A DNA stretch of 63,321 nt, the filler included, from Rhabdomonas costata (taxonomy: Eukaryota): NCBI GenBank assembly GCA_019059605.1. It is 23 parts of 23 records of this genome, joined end to end, with 100 filler letters (N's around TTAATTAATTAA, not from the genome) between each part and the next. Parts side by side here need not be neighbours in the genome. Positions count along the whole stretch, not along the records: positions 22,094 to 24,751 come from JAHMHO010002468.1; positions 24,852 to 27,507 come from JAHMHO010002469.1; positions 27,608 to 30,263 come from JAHMHO010002470.1; positions 30,364 to 33,037 come from JAHMHO010002471.1; positions 33,138 to 35,791 come from JAHMHO010002472.1; 18 more parts are not named here. One strand, given 5' to 3'. Positions 22,201 to 34,965 of the stretch are shown in pieces. How positions within the stretch are numbered: the first letter of the stretch is position 1; every line of letters begins with the position of its first letter. The translations under genes were made by a program, and so were the position numbers. Under the pieces are notes generated by a model, which saw nothing but the letters and a program-made list of their open reading frames with translations, was not told the origin of the DNA and made no database searches.

Positions 22201-22790
22201 AATGACCGTTCAGTTTACTGTAAAAGGACACCAGCGGGGGCGCGGAGGCAGGGCAAGCAGTCAGTGGGCCGTTGGTGGGCGCTTCACTTTTGATGATAAT
22301 GGTGGTGGTGGTGTGCAGGAAGTGTGAGCGGACGTCATGGGTGCGCTAGTTTGGCGATGTCTGTGATACCTGTGCTGTGTCCAAAGTGACCGACGGAGGC
22401 GTTGCATGATTTTGGGTTTTCCTAGTGAGATTACTGGTGGGAAATCAGCTCTGTTTGCAGCGGGTGTTCAAAGTGCGTGGGCTGTAGAATTAGTTCGCAT
22501 GCATCTTGACGATATCGTGGTGTAGCGAGAGCTGTCGCAGCGCGTTGGGCTGGAAACCGATAACCGGCACTGTCCTTTCGATTTCTTATCAGCAATTGAA
22601 GTACTTCTCTTGGCCGTGTTGATCGACTTGCCTCCTTTCTGTAGCAGCAAGATTGCTGAGCTTGCAAAGTCGTGGTGATGATGATGATGCGCTTCTTGTA
22701 TGGTGTTTATGGTGTGCATGGAGCATCACGGCTCTGCTTTCGCGCTGCTGTTTTGTTTTCATTGTGGTTTCGGGGCCTTTTTCCTCGACG

Positions 22791-24745
22791 ATGGAGCTCT
22801 CGTCTGCTGAGACGGCGGTCTCCTCATCGTCGTCCTCGTCTTCATCGTCCTCTGCACCACCCGCGCCGACCTCGACCGACGGAAGCTCCAACCCTGGTGG
22901 ATCTTCTGAGACATCCTCTGCAAAGAAGCCCACCGTCTGCCTTGTCATAGGAATGGCTGGCAGGTCCACCCTGAGCAGCTGTGCTGCTCTGACTTCTTCT
23001 TTGCTTTGCTGGGGGTGCACCTGGACTGGTTGAACACACTACGCTCTCTAAGCACCTACTGGTCAGGAAAGGACATGATTTAACAGTAGCCCGGGCTGGC
23101 GTTGCTTTTGAATGGATGGATCCCATCAGCCCTTCTAAAAACCTGTGGTCGACGCTCCGCCGTGATCGAACATCCGCCGTGATCGAACATAAGTCACCCA
23201 TGTCACAACCATTCCCCCGTATCTTTCTCAGTGAATCCACTACTTTGATGAGAAGCGCTCGCAATTCTGCGACATATGAACGTTAAAGGGAAAGTATTAA
23301 TCATCATTGGCTGGTTTTCGGGCTGTGGCGAACAGGAGGGATGTTAAACCGCCATCCCTTTCTCAGTGGAAAGACAACGCTGATGCGGCTGGTAGCCAAT
23401 CACTTCCAGCAGCAGCAGCAGCAGCCGCAGGGGAGTGGTCGCCGCCCAGCCTCGGCATATGTGCTGAATCTGGACCCCGCTGTGCTGCAGCTGGGCTATG
23501 AGGTGAACATCGACATCCGGGACACCGTGAACTACAAGCAGGTTATGAAGCAATACAAGCTGGGCCCCAACGGGGCCATTGTCACGGCGCTGAACTTGTT
23601 TGCCACGCGGTTTGACCAAGTCATCACCTTTATTGAGCAGAAGCAGGAGGAGGTGGAGTACGTCTTTATCGACACTCCAGGTCAGAAGGGCTCGGTAGGG
23701 TGTGGGTTTGTGGTCAAATTTCCCTTATTTGGCTCTAATTTGCGTCTCTCTGACCTGGTGACAAAAACCAAAATGCTCCGAGGGGAGTCACCACCTCAGT
23801 GATGGGCGCTCATTCGTTTGAAAAGAATATTTTTTTTTAAAAAAAATTGCATATATTGCCCGTTTCACCTCAAAGCTGAGAGGTGGAAAAACTTTTCCAA
23901 AAAAGGAGACATTTTGGACTTGCAGAGGTGTGGAGGGGGGGGATTTTCGATTTTCACCCATATTGTCGGAATGAATTGCGCCTGGGAGTGTTTACTGATG
24001 AATTTGGGTGGGTGAGTTGGGTGCCGTTTTTGAACCAGAAAAACACCCCTGCATCCCTGCAAGAATTGCCCACATTTTCGCTGACAGTGGTTGCTTTAGA
24101 GTAACTGAAGGAAACTATTTTATTTTTGATGTGCATCTTTCCTCGGAGTTCTGAGAGTTTGATGTTTGTGTGGGAAACTCTCACTTTTGAGATGAAACGG
24201 GCCATATTTAGAATGCACGTTTATTAATGACACGCCCATGTTCACCATGTTCCCACCTCTGGTTTGTGTTGCACCCACTGTCGATTGAAAAAGGCATGGA
24301 CACCCCAATAGGCTGGACACTCAGGCATGCGAAAGGCTTTCAACCCCAAAATGCGAACTCATAATAACGACACACTCATTGGGACAACCGGCGTTCGGTG
24401 GCGCGGGGGGGGGGTGGCCTCATGTTTCACGGATGCCATCAGAGCCGTCGGTTGTCCTCACTCACGCATTCTGCCTTGTTATGGACTTGGTTTAAATTGA
24501 AGCTGCTTTCAATAACGGGGGATTTCTCAGAAAGCATCTCCGATCCGAGCTTTGCTGCCACTCGAAGGGTTCCTTCTTTACTTCTTTCCTTTGCACATTT
24601 AAATTCTCCAGGGCAAATTGAGGTGTTCACATGGTCAGCCAGTGGGCAACTGATCACAGAGGCGCTGGCCTCTACCTTCCCCACGGTGGTTCTGTACGTC
24701 GTGGATACGGTTCGCTCCACGGCCCCGGCCACCTTCATGGCCAAC
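22791..24745 (+). CDS. GPN1: GPN-loop GTPase 1 (XAB1/Npa3), 3' partial (exons 22791-22963, 23367-23680, 24612-contig end)
   Basis: Spliced product has [56 protein letters not shown] and [15 protein letters not shown]. Both introns are GT-AG. Confidence 0.95.
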
Positions 24746-25949
24746 AAACCCNNNNNNNNNNNNNNNNNNNNNNNNNNNNNNNNNNNNNNNNNNNNTTAAT
24801 TAATTAANNNNNNNNNNNNNNNNNNNNNNNNNNNNNNNNNNNNNNNNNNNNGGTTTGGTGGAATGAGATGGAGCAGACGAGAATGCCGTAAATGAAAGAA
24901 AAAAGAGCGAAAAAAGGAGAACCTTTGCTTATCTTTTTGGATCATCATCATCACTTTTCCCTGAGAGCAATATTCGGACCAAATAATGTAGTTTGGCTAC
25001 GCCAAACGCTGGCTTGCCTCCTCCAGTAGATGGACATGGGCATAACCGAGCCGCTTGACTCGGGACAAAAAGAAGTTTGGACACTCATACCAACAGTGTT
25101 GCATGTGGCTTCATTTTGTCGCTGTCGAAAACCTGGGCAGGGCAAGCTCATCGAGCACTTCATAGGTGAATGAAATGACTCGCGTCCACTGCGGTATGCT
25201 GGGTCTTTCAGGTTCTTTCATTACTTTTTTACTCAGCACTCAGTCTTTTCCCGTGGTGCGCGTTTTTTCTTTGACGTCCGCTTCAGATTCTGATCACCAT
25301 CAACACACTTTTCGTGTGTCGTTGGGGCATCCTGAAATTAGTACGAGATGAGTGCCAGAAATGGTAAGAACTCCTCTGACTTCACCCCCAGTACGACGAC
25401 GCTTGTGATTCCCAGAAGTGAGATGTCTCCGGGATATGCGGGAATGCCCTCACCCATCGAAGAACGGTCACCCCCGAAAGACTTCGGTGGCAGCGGCGGC
25501 CAATCGCCCATCGGGAAGGATCACGATGTCGGACGACCTTGATATATCTTCCTTGCATAAAGTTGTCCACTGCCCACGCAAGAAAGGATCCCCCGAAATC
25601 ATTCAAGTCTAATATCAGTCAAGTTTGAAGAAAAAAGCCTGAAACAGGGCTCACGTGTGGATGCAAGGGAAGGGCAATAAATAATAGCAAGAGCAAAAAT
25701 TGAAAGACAGACTGTATGCCGGAAATAGGGATTGCATTTTGTGTAGTGATGGCGATGGATAGGTTAAAAATAAGTGTTGCCACTGTCAGAGCTATTTTCA
25801 TTATCACCAGGTCAGTTATAACCTTTCTGAAGTGTTTGATTGTTTTCGAGTTTCCAAACACGCAATCGCGCCCTGCAAGTGGCACCAGTGTGCCCTCTGC
25901 TGCGTATTTCTGCAGTGTGTTTGCCTTCTCAAGTGGCTTTATGTTCGCT

Positions 25950-26049
25950 GATAGTGATAGTGATAGTGATAGTGATAGTGATAGTGATAGTGATAGTGAT
26001 AGTGATAGTGATAGTGATAGTGATAGTGATAGTGATAGTGATAGTGATA
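25950..26049. repeat. (GATAGT)x16 microsatellite
   Basis: Read directly. It produces the spurious poly-SL/DS/VI ORFs in the ORF track. Confidence 0.97.
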
Positions 26050-26706
26050 AGATGTATAGTGATAGCAATATATTAATAGCATGAAACGCCCCCCACACAC
26101 ACTCGTTCCTTTTCAAATAAATTCATATGATAGCACTCAAAACGCGGTTCGGTTAAATTCTGGAATTTCATTCTAATTGAAAGGCTAGCTCTTTAATAAA
26201 GGTCGGTGGCTGTTTCACCCCTTTCAGTTGTATTCATGACGCAGCCCCCAGAACCTGTCGGGGTCACATTGCCGAGCTTCTCTTGGCTTTGTGCAAGAGC
26301 GTAATGCGGTCATTCTCGTTGAGATCCTCTTTACGTGGGCGAGTCATGTTGGAGTGTGTTGCACGTCTACCAAATCTCTCAGGTTTCTGTGAGCATATAA
26401 TGCGGAAATGTTTGTAACATTCTTCTTAAGGAGCAATGATGCCGGAAATTCATCGGGTTATTTGGGATGGGAACTCATTGATCATCCCACTTTAGGCGTT
26501 TGCTTCAGGTTTGGGGTGACCACAATAAACGTGTCAGCACTCCAGTAATCCTTTCGCTACATTTTGGGGGGGGAGCCGGGCCCCCTTCCAGAAATATTAT
26601 TCTTCCTAATTTAAGAACTCCCATAACCTGGGTCGGTTCTTGTTGGCAACCTCCTCGTTTTTGAGAGCGTGAGGCCTTCCTTCTCCCTGCGCTCCTCCCG
26701 CTTCAG

Positions 26707-27014
26707 TCCTGTGTAATAGCAATCCACGGTCGACCCCTTACCCTTCTCCTGGTGGGCGATGGGCCCTAAACTACAGTGGAGAAAACACGGCTCGCAAGAC
26801 CACCCGCAACCCTCTTGTGGAGGAACTCTCGCCCAGATTCTATCTGTCCTCACCCTCCGAAGTCCACGGGTTCAGGCTTCCGCTGCGAATGGTGTTCGTG
26901 GTAGTGCTGTGTATCTTTGCGGTTGGCCCAGCAATTGCGCTGTGGATGGTCTCGTGGCAGACGGGCCAGAATGCACTGAGTGGGGTCCAGAGCCTGGCGA
27001 TGACCTCAGTGGAG
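26707..27014 (+). CDS. Exon encoding an N-proximal transmembrane helix, possibly of a receptor-type sensor or cyclase
   Basis: Open frame between a CTTCAG acceptor and a GTGCGT donor: RLPLRMVFVVVLCIFAVGPAIALWMVSWQTGQNALSGVQSLAMTSVE. Function is a guess. Confidence 0.4.
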
Positions 27015-27299
27015 GTGCGTGACTTGTGTGTAACCATGCGGTTGGGGTCAGTTGGCTATCAGTAGAAAAGGTTAAAATACACAAATCTCTGCAGGTAATA
27101 TGGATGCCCACTGGATGTTGGGCCTTCAGCACTCAACCATGGGATTTGACGCCGTAAGCCACCATACGTGAAGCACCGTTCTGCTTTTTGACAAACGAAC
27201 AAGAAAATGAACGAAATGCCGAGGCAGGGCATCCTTCTCACAGGATTTCAACAAAGCAACTCAAATCCTTGACGAACGCTCAATTGGTGATGATTGTAG

Positions 27300-27500
27300 T
27301 GGATATGACTTGGCGGATAGGTTGGTGGAGGGTTGGCGGCAGAGTCCTATTTTCAAATCTTTTGGCGTGACCATGCATTTTGTATCTCGCGCCTGCATGT
27401 ATTAGGGAGAAATGTGAAACACTCTCAAAGCACTCGCCAGAGTGATGTTAACTCTTTAGCCCGTTAACCCGCTGACAACCTATCCGCCAAGTCATATCCA
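27300..27500. mobile_element. MITE-like element with 25-bp perfect terminal inverted repeats
   Basis: TGGATATGACTTGGCGGATAGGTTG (27300-27324) and its exact reverse complement (27476-27500) flank about 150 bp of non-coding DNA. Confidence 0.6.
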
Positions 27501-27764
27501 ACAACAANNNNNNNNNNNNNNNNNNNNNNNNNNNNNNNNNNNNNNNNNNNNTTAATTAATTAANNNNNNNNNNNNNNNNNNNNNNNNNNNNNNNNNNNNN
27601 NNNNNNNGGTGTGGTGGTTTCATAGGCGTGATCGCTTTCTTCGCAGCAATCACAATTAGGGTAGCGAATGGTCATGACACTGCACCGAATTGGATATACG
27701 GGATTTTCGAAGTCAGCAAAATTAATGAAGAACAGGGGCGTGGTGGTGGTGGTGGTGGGGCCAC

Positions 27765-29055
27765 CAAGGTTTGGAATCCGTAGGGAAGTCCTTCGAGAGA
27801 ATTGAACAGTGCCCACACTGCGGAGCTATTGAACTGGCGGCCTGCTGGCAACGCGGGACGGGCCCACATCACGACGCTGCCGCCGTTGTGGAGGTCCTGC
27901 ATGGCGTCAGTGAACCTTTTGCGCTGGGGCGTTTCCAGGCCCACCTCAACCACGTAAAGGGTGGACGTGTCCGCGCCGTCAGGGCCATCCCAAAGGGTCA
28001 GCGCAACGTGTGTCGCGGGAACCCCTGCCGCGATAAAATGTACGAGCTTTGCAGAAGCGCAACGAGCCAAAATACACTTGCACTCCGCAAGCTCTTTGCG
28101 CTGCCTTGCATAGAAGCATGTGCAGTTGAGGTTACGTGGGCAGTGAGCGAGCCGAAAGAGCTACTTTCGCTTCTTTTGGGATCATGGACAACAGGGGCAG
28201 AAAGAACAAGCCACAGGCCACAGGGGAATGCAGCACCTGTGGCCCATGCGATTAGGGCGCTCATCCCACTGTCGGGAGTGAAGGTCAGGATTACATCTCC
28301 GCTGCGGAAATCCTCGGACTTGACATCAAGGAACGTGTTGGGGGAACGCGGCTTCAGATCCAACCCGACATTGGTCGAGTAAAACTCTGCAGGGTTTCAC
28401 AACAGATCCGGGACGAAAAGCAAGTCCGTAATAAAAATAAACCTGGATAAATCTTCCCCGTGCCCATACCTAACAAGTCCTTCTCGCTGGCACCCCAGAA
28501 TATCTTGTCCAGCACCTTAAAGGCGTCGATCGTCTCCATGAAACTTTTCCTGTGTGTACAAAATGAATATGGTGGTTGTGGTAAGAAAGCGGTAACGATT
28601 GATTGAGTGAGAAATCAAAAGCTCAACAGAAAAACGTCATTACAAGTTTCCCAACTTCAGAAACAAAGGGGATTGCCACGGTGACAACAATGTTATCGGA
28701 AGAGCGGGGCGGGAGGGAGAGAAAACCTGAAATTCAGCACACGAACGCCATTGCGCTGCACATCGGCCTTCTGCTCTTCCGTGAAGGGCGGGTGAAACTG
28801 AAACTCCATTTCTCCGTCGTAAATTGCACTGGCAATTTTAAACGTGTGAGAGGTGACCAGCAGAAATATCTGAGACGCGAATACCGAATAGAACAGAACA
28901 GCCCCCCCTTTCATTCAATTTATCTCCCACCTCTTGACAGCTCGCACACCTCCCCACAGGCTGGGGACCACCTTCCATCCCTGGTGAACACCGTGACGGA
29001 GCTTTGGTCCAAGTTCAGGCGAGCACTCTGTTTTGTGAAGCAGGCCCCTTCCCAC
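27765..29055 (-). CDS. Permuted papain-like (YaeF/YiiX-type) protein resembling the plant At4g27020/At1g70160 family, multi-exon, partial
   Basis: Spliced exons give WEGACFTKQSA..., EDFRSGDVILTFTPDSGMSALIAWATG|VPATHVALTLWD...LYVVE...FNSSAVWALFNSLEGLPYGFQTL, matching family motifs WKGACF, SGD, W.TG...H.A, E, FN.TAAW and G.PYG. Confidence 0.7.
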
Positions 29056-31314
29056 CTGAAAGAAGCAACCACAGCGACACAGGGCCAGCGAAAATGCCAG
29101 AGAAGAGTGAGGAGACCATGCGGCCGACAGTCCGAGCATAGAGTCAAGCAAAGGCTCTGGTGAGCAGGTGGTGTGCTGATGCTGTTTTCGTTTTGTATTT
29201 TATGATTGGAGAGGGGTTGTGTTGTGGACAGAGCTACTTTTCTGCTGGGCAGCTTTTTTAAACGAGAATCTGCCCAGCTCTCCTCGAGGTGAACATGTGG
29301 GAGTGCGGGGCACCATTCTCTTTGAAACTTCGGTGCACCTTGAAGTCTGGGTCCGTCAAACGTGTGGGGCAAAAATTGTGTGTCTCCGCATTCAAGCGGG
29401 CCGGAAACAGGATGGGCCATCACCAGTGGCACCACTTCTTCCACCACGATTCTTTCTGCAGCCAATGTTTCGCCTGAACCCTTTTGATGTCACCATTGCA
29501 TAAATATTGCCCAAGAAAATGACAAAAGTCTTTGCGCGTTCACTGGCAGAGTGAGCAAAAGAGTTTTGCAAGGCGTATCAGCGGTGTACTGGGGATGGAA
29601 GAAATTTCTACTGTTCCTGCGACGCATCTTCCGGTTCCCTCAAAGTTCAGACTTAATGTTTCTAAAAAAAACACCTAGTAACCCACTTCAGGGGGAAGCT
29701 GGTAAACCTGCACGCGCTCTTGTCGCTTTGAAAGCGGCAGGGGGTAAACGTTAGGGCAGTGGAACGAATGGTTGGTCCAGTTTGCAAAAGAACTAGAACC
29801 TGTAACACTCCGAACAGTCTTTTTACCCTGTTTTTATGCCGGTGGTCTCAAGCGTACGTGGAGAGGAGCGCTGCTCGAAATTGAGGGTTTGGCCTGGGGA
29901 GGCAAAAATACGGTATGAAAGCTTGCGCGCCGAAGGCGCGGGGATTTTTAGGAGTAAATCTCCTGTCCTTTCCGATCTTTAGAAACACAGTGCAAAGGCG
30001 AAGTTTCGGCCTAAAGAACAGTCTTTTTGAAGGTGACATAGAGGTGTCTCTGGTGCACGGCGTGCACCTTCAACGCGAAACATCAGCGACACACTGATTG
30101 CCCTGATTAAGTTCCGCTCAACTCTAAACACAGTGCTTGAACTGCTCCGACAAAACTCTCAGTTTACAGTAGAGCCTACAATAAGAAGGCACACTCTTCC
30201 TCTTGCGAAACTCACTTCGCAGCTGACCTGCCTACAGCAATATCCACAGTTAACCCAAACCCCNNNNNNNNNNNNNNNNNNNNNNNNNNNNNNNNNNNNN
30301 NNNNNNNTTAATTAATTAANNNNNNNNNNNNNNNNNNNNNNNNNNNNNNNNNNNNNNNNNNNNTTGGGGGCCTTTTGGACTCAGTACTTCGTCATTGAGG
30401 GCAAACTGTCCTGTTTTTCTGCTGTTTTTCTGGAGAGTCCGCTGGTAAGCGAGCATTGACTTTGGTTATCATTGCTGTTTCATGTGAAACGGCAGTTTAA
30501 TACAGCATTCTGAGATGGAAAAAACCCCTGGCACCCCGCCGCTCGGCCGTTCGTGGACAGAATTAGACTGTTTTTGCTGTTGAACGGTTGTGTATTGTCT
30601 TGCAGCGCACACGTTTTCCTGTGTTTTTTCCGTTCCATCGGTGCAGAATTACTTGTTGTTTGGTTGACCCAGCCTTTTGTGACAGTTTTGCGCATTTGGT
30701 GCGGTATGAACGTCGTTATAAATGGCCCGTATGCAGTCGAAAGCCACCCCTTTCTCGAAAAACTCATGAATTAGTGCCGCTAAGTCAATTTAGTGTGTGT
30801 GTGCTGCTTAAAAATCACCTTTTTCGAAAAATAAAAATCAAGACAACGTTTTGCAAAACTGGATTGAACACCACCCTCTCCCCCAGTCATGGTCAATGTT
30901 GGGGCATATCGGTACTTTGTCATAGGGAGTTCATTGCTGCCGGGACGAATTTTCAACATTGACGTATTGGGGTGAAAGGGGGGTGTTCAATATGTTTTGC
31001 AAAACGTTGTGGATGTGTCAGGTCTACAAAGGCGTGCCCCCCCCCCGTTTGGAAACAGCGACACGTAGTAAACGAATTATAAGGGTCATGGAAAGGCAGT
31101 CACCAATGCACCGCATTAAACTGTGTTTTTACTGCACAACTGCATCGTCAAGCTTGAACGACAATATTGTGTGTTATCCCTGGAGCCCTTTACCAACTCA
31201 GTGTTTACAACACGCCACAAGCAACATCTGGGGATCATGGTTGAATGGAATTGCTTGGCTGAAGCGATGGGAAGGGCCAACAATTCCACAACTCCACATC
31301 TCACCCAACCATAC

Positions 31315-31530
31315 CTCTACCGGTTTTTCTCGGACAGCCCCAACTTCACGAAGCTTCTGCGCGCGAGCCCTCTGAGCTGAGCGGGCACCAGCAATCTTCT
31401 CCTGCAGCTCCAGATCAGTGAGGGCCCTGCCCTTGTTGTCAACCTCGGTGACCCCGTCCTCCTCATTCCCCTCGGCGCCCTCCTCGCTGCCGGGCGAGCG
31501 CCCGCGGCGGCGAAAATTCTTTCCCGGCAT
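31315..31530 (-). CDS. First exon of a charged protein, possibly C9orf78/Tls1-like
   Basis: ATG at 31530 to a GTATGG donor: MPGKNFRRRGRSPGSEEGAEGNEEDG...LQEKIAGARSAQRARAQK. Basic start, acidic stretch, then a helix. The family call is weak. Confidence 0.4.
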
Positions 31531-32280
31531 CCCACCAGTCAGCAACTGAATCCCCGGATTCCCCGAGCAATGGCCTACTGCTCGGAGACCACACACATCA
31601 CAGCACAAAAATGCGAAGGATAAACACAAAAGCAAATTAGACTGAAAATGCTTTTCAAAACTGTGGGAGAACAGAATATCATTGAAAAGAATTGAACAAA
31701 AAGGATGTCAACAGCATCTCAGAGAGGTAAGATCGGAAGCATCTCGCGAAGCGCAGGTGTACCAGAGGTACGCCAGACTATTTTACATCAGTGAGATTCG
31801 CGATTTGAGAGGAAGGGGTCCGGACAAAATCCAGGAAGTGCGGTCTGGACTACAAGTCAACATTCCTACTGCGGGGGCACCGGACACCGAGTGAGCCGAA
31901 TACGTGCAAAGAATTGCGAGGTAAAGAAAGAATAAGCCAGACTTCGGCACTTAGTGCAGGAAAGGGGGCGAAGACCATTCGTCTTGAGCTTTTCCTATTC
32001 TTTTCGGCTTCAGCCCTGTATGGCACCAACGCCACTCCTATTTCCCAATTCCTCGGAAATTACCGCAGATCGAGCAGACTCACAGAGTGCTATTGTACAA
32101 TTTCCACAAGAAACATTACCCCATTACCCACATCACCACACCTTGCTCATTGCAGCTTTCGGTCTCGACTGATACCCTAATGATACAGAAACCCACAATA
32201 CCCGTACTTCTGCACCACCAACTTCGTAGACAAAGGAGGCTCTGCATCCTTTTTCAGCTACAAGTACAAAGCACTCCACT

Positions 32281-32909
32281 TCACCACTCGAATGGGCTGG
32301 GCTGGGGAAAGAGCCGCTCCAGCTCCGGCCTGAGGGTGGGGTCCTCATTCTCGAAATCCTGCACCACAAAGCTGTGTGCCCGTTCTGCAATGCCCACGAG
32401 CTGTTCCCGCACCGTGCCCTTCTGGCCGCCCATGTTCACTACAAGCCCGGCAATCGTGCGCTCCTCGAGTGGCACCGCCAGCTCGGCGTGCAGGCTGAAG
32501 TGCGGGTATAGCATGTTGGTCACCGCGACATTGGTGTAGCCCCGGAACTGGCTCGATGCGGTGTCCCGCATCGCGGTAGGAAACAGCTCGTGAACGGCCC
32601 TACACACAGAGACCCGCTGTGGGGTTAGGGAGTGCTCCACCCGGTACCGGATCTTCCACCCAAAAGGCTGGTGCAGTAGCTCGTTGCCCCGTTTTAAGCC
32701 AGAGTAGTACCCCGCGTCGGTGCGGCGGAAGTTGTGGATGCCGCGGTAGAGCACCGCGTCCAGCAGGCTGGTCTTCAGAGGGACCCTAAGCCGGCCATCC
32801 GGGGTGAAGAAGTGCTGCGGGGGAAGGAATCTCAGCGGAAACACATCGTCGTTGCTGTACAGCCAGTACTCCGTGAGCCCCGGGATGTTGTGGAGCTGGG
32901 ACTCAATGG
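32281..32909 (-). CDS. Stealth-family hexose-1-phosphate transferase, terminal exon (end of CR2, CR3, CR4)
   Basis: AIESQLHNIPGLTEYWLYSNDDVF...FFTPDG (CR2), H...P...ELFP....TASSQFR (CR3) and LERLFPQPSPFEW* (CR4). Acceptor TTTCAG at 32910. Confidence 0.9.
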
Positions 32910-33473
32910 CTGAAAGTGGCCCAAGACCGAAACGTCCCAGGAATCAACGGGCGCAAACCAGGCGAGCATTTTGAGCAATCGAAGAGAAGTCCTATTAATC
33001 GAGGACGTTCCTAGAACAGTGCATTTCCCACCAAAACNNNNNNNNNNNNNNNNNNNNNNNNNNNNNNNNNNNNNNNNNNNNTTAATTAATTAANNNNNNN
33101 NNNNNNNNNNNNNNNNNNNNNNNNNNNNNNNNNNNNNTTTCTGCAGAAAATAAAAGGCGCACATCAGCAGGGCATGAGAACTGCCTCAACCTTTGCCCGC
33201 CCATGATAAATTTGTCCCTGGGTCAGCTTAGAGAACACGCAGTACAAACACTGCGTCCCTTGCAGACAACCAAACTTTCAACAGGGGTGCCGTAGTAATG
33301 ATGGTGGCGGGTGTGAGGAGTAAACGTCTGCAAAGAATAAAAACAACCGCAAAACCTCTCGGATTCTAACCACTGGAAACCGTAAAAATCGTCCTCTTGT
33401 CCCCTCCCTTCTCCCCCCCCTTCCCCCCTTCCCCTCCCCCCCTCCCCTTTCCTTCTCTCTTTTGGTTTACTAC

Positions 33474-34434
33474 CCGCCACTCTCCTCCCTTCCGGCGCAG
33501 CCTGGTCCCACCGTGCACCACCGTGCTGCGCACCTCATTGCACAGCACATTGTCGCTGACCCCGACGGTGCGGCCCACCCCCACAGCTGGGGACAGCGCA
33601 CCGGTGGTAGTGGTGGTGCACTCGCGAATGACCCGAGGGTAGGACGGCGACACGGTCTCGCGAATAATGCGGTGCGCCGGGGAGACAACCTGCGGCACAA
33701 AACAAGAAACATGGGCTTCTTTTGGACTGGCTTCTTTGACGCTGCAACGGAACATTTCGTCGAAGGACGCTGCAGGCTGCACCACTCCACAGGAAGGCAA
33801 AAAAGTATAAAGCAGCGAAAAGCTTCTGAGTCAACGAAAGGGAGAAAGGAAGGGAAGCAAAACATGGAATAGTGATCCCTGGCGGGATACATAGCCTTGC
33901 CACACTGACACCCCGCGCAGGGGTTACACACCACACATTTGGGGTTGCAAAGCCTACTCAAGAGCCCTTCAACCAAGCAACGCACGACATATTCGCGCGC
34001 ATTAATCAAACCATTTTTTAAATTCTCAACCCTTAGCAAAGAGAGCACTGCCACCTATTTTGTCTCGACTTTTGAAGAAAATCCCAAGAGTGAAGCCGAA
34101 GTCTTTGATGTCTGTTTTGTTCTGCTTCTCAGGTTCAGCGCGAGTTTGCGTGGTGGACCCGGCGTCTCCAAAGATATATCAAAAAGGAACGCGCGCCCCT
34201 TTGGGACTGGGTTGGGTTGGATTGGATTGGATTGGGCTTCTCCCAGGGAACAGAAACAATCTGCGCAGCGCGCAAGCCCGGGGCAGGAACCTGGCGGGGC
34301 TGAGAGATCACATGGCGCACGACTGGAGGAGAAGAAGGAGTGCCAGGGGCGGCAGCCGCGGGGGCAGGGGCAGCAGCAGCTGGAGCGGGCTCCGCACTTG
34401 GGACGCCCCCGGGCGGAGTCACGGTGCTGCTCAT
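33474..34434 (-). CDS. Pro/Ala/Val-rich hypothetical protein, first two exons (34434-34291, 33689-33474)
   Basis: MSSTVTPPGGVPSAEPAPAAAAP...VVRHVISQPRQ|VVSPAHRIIRETVSPSYPRVIRE. Phase-0 GT-AG intron. No recognised domain. Confidence 0.5.
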
Positions 34435-34965
34435 GTTCGGGCGGATGTGGGAAGGAGAGTGGCCGGAGCAAAGAGGAAGTGGAAGTGGGAGGGGGGGGGC
34501 AGACTGTAAAACACAAAAACAGGAAAGTATGGAAAGGTTGTCTGCTGCAAAAGAAAAACGAACATGCAATGCCACCCACGCTGACAAGGATGTAAAAGGA
34601 CATGGATGCAGGCTTCAAAGACGCCCAAATATATGTCCAGGGCCCGCCGCGCGTTGAGAGGAGAGGTGTGTGCGATAGGTCGGGAAGGCATACCCTCCAA
34701 AACCCCGCCCCAGCCTTTCAACACCTGAAATCCCCTGGATGAGCTGAATTCCCCTTCCCGACGCAAAGGACAGAACAAACGCTACAGCACAAAAAAGCAC
34801 TCTGTGCAGGCAAATGAAAAGCACAGCACAGAGCGCCCGCAGAACTGCTGTGCCGCGATTCTGGGCAAAAATGGGCAAAAAAAAATACATGCACTGTGTC
34901 GCAGGAAATCAAAGGTGCGTTTTGGGAGGAGGCTGAAGTGTGCTGAGTGCTCCACAATCCCCTAC

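Noticed and set aside
25619-26116. ORFs with poly-SL, poly-DS or poly-VI tracts
   Set aside because: These are translations of the (GATAGT)n microsatellite.
25860-26350. Tc1/mariner transposase N-terminus (MTRPRKEDLNENDRITLL; KYAAEGTLVPLAGR)
   Set aside because: Faint resemblance only, with no DDE/D domain or terminal repeats found.
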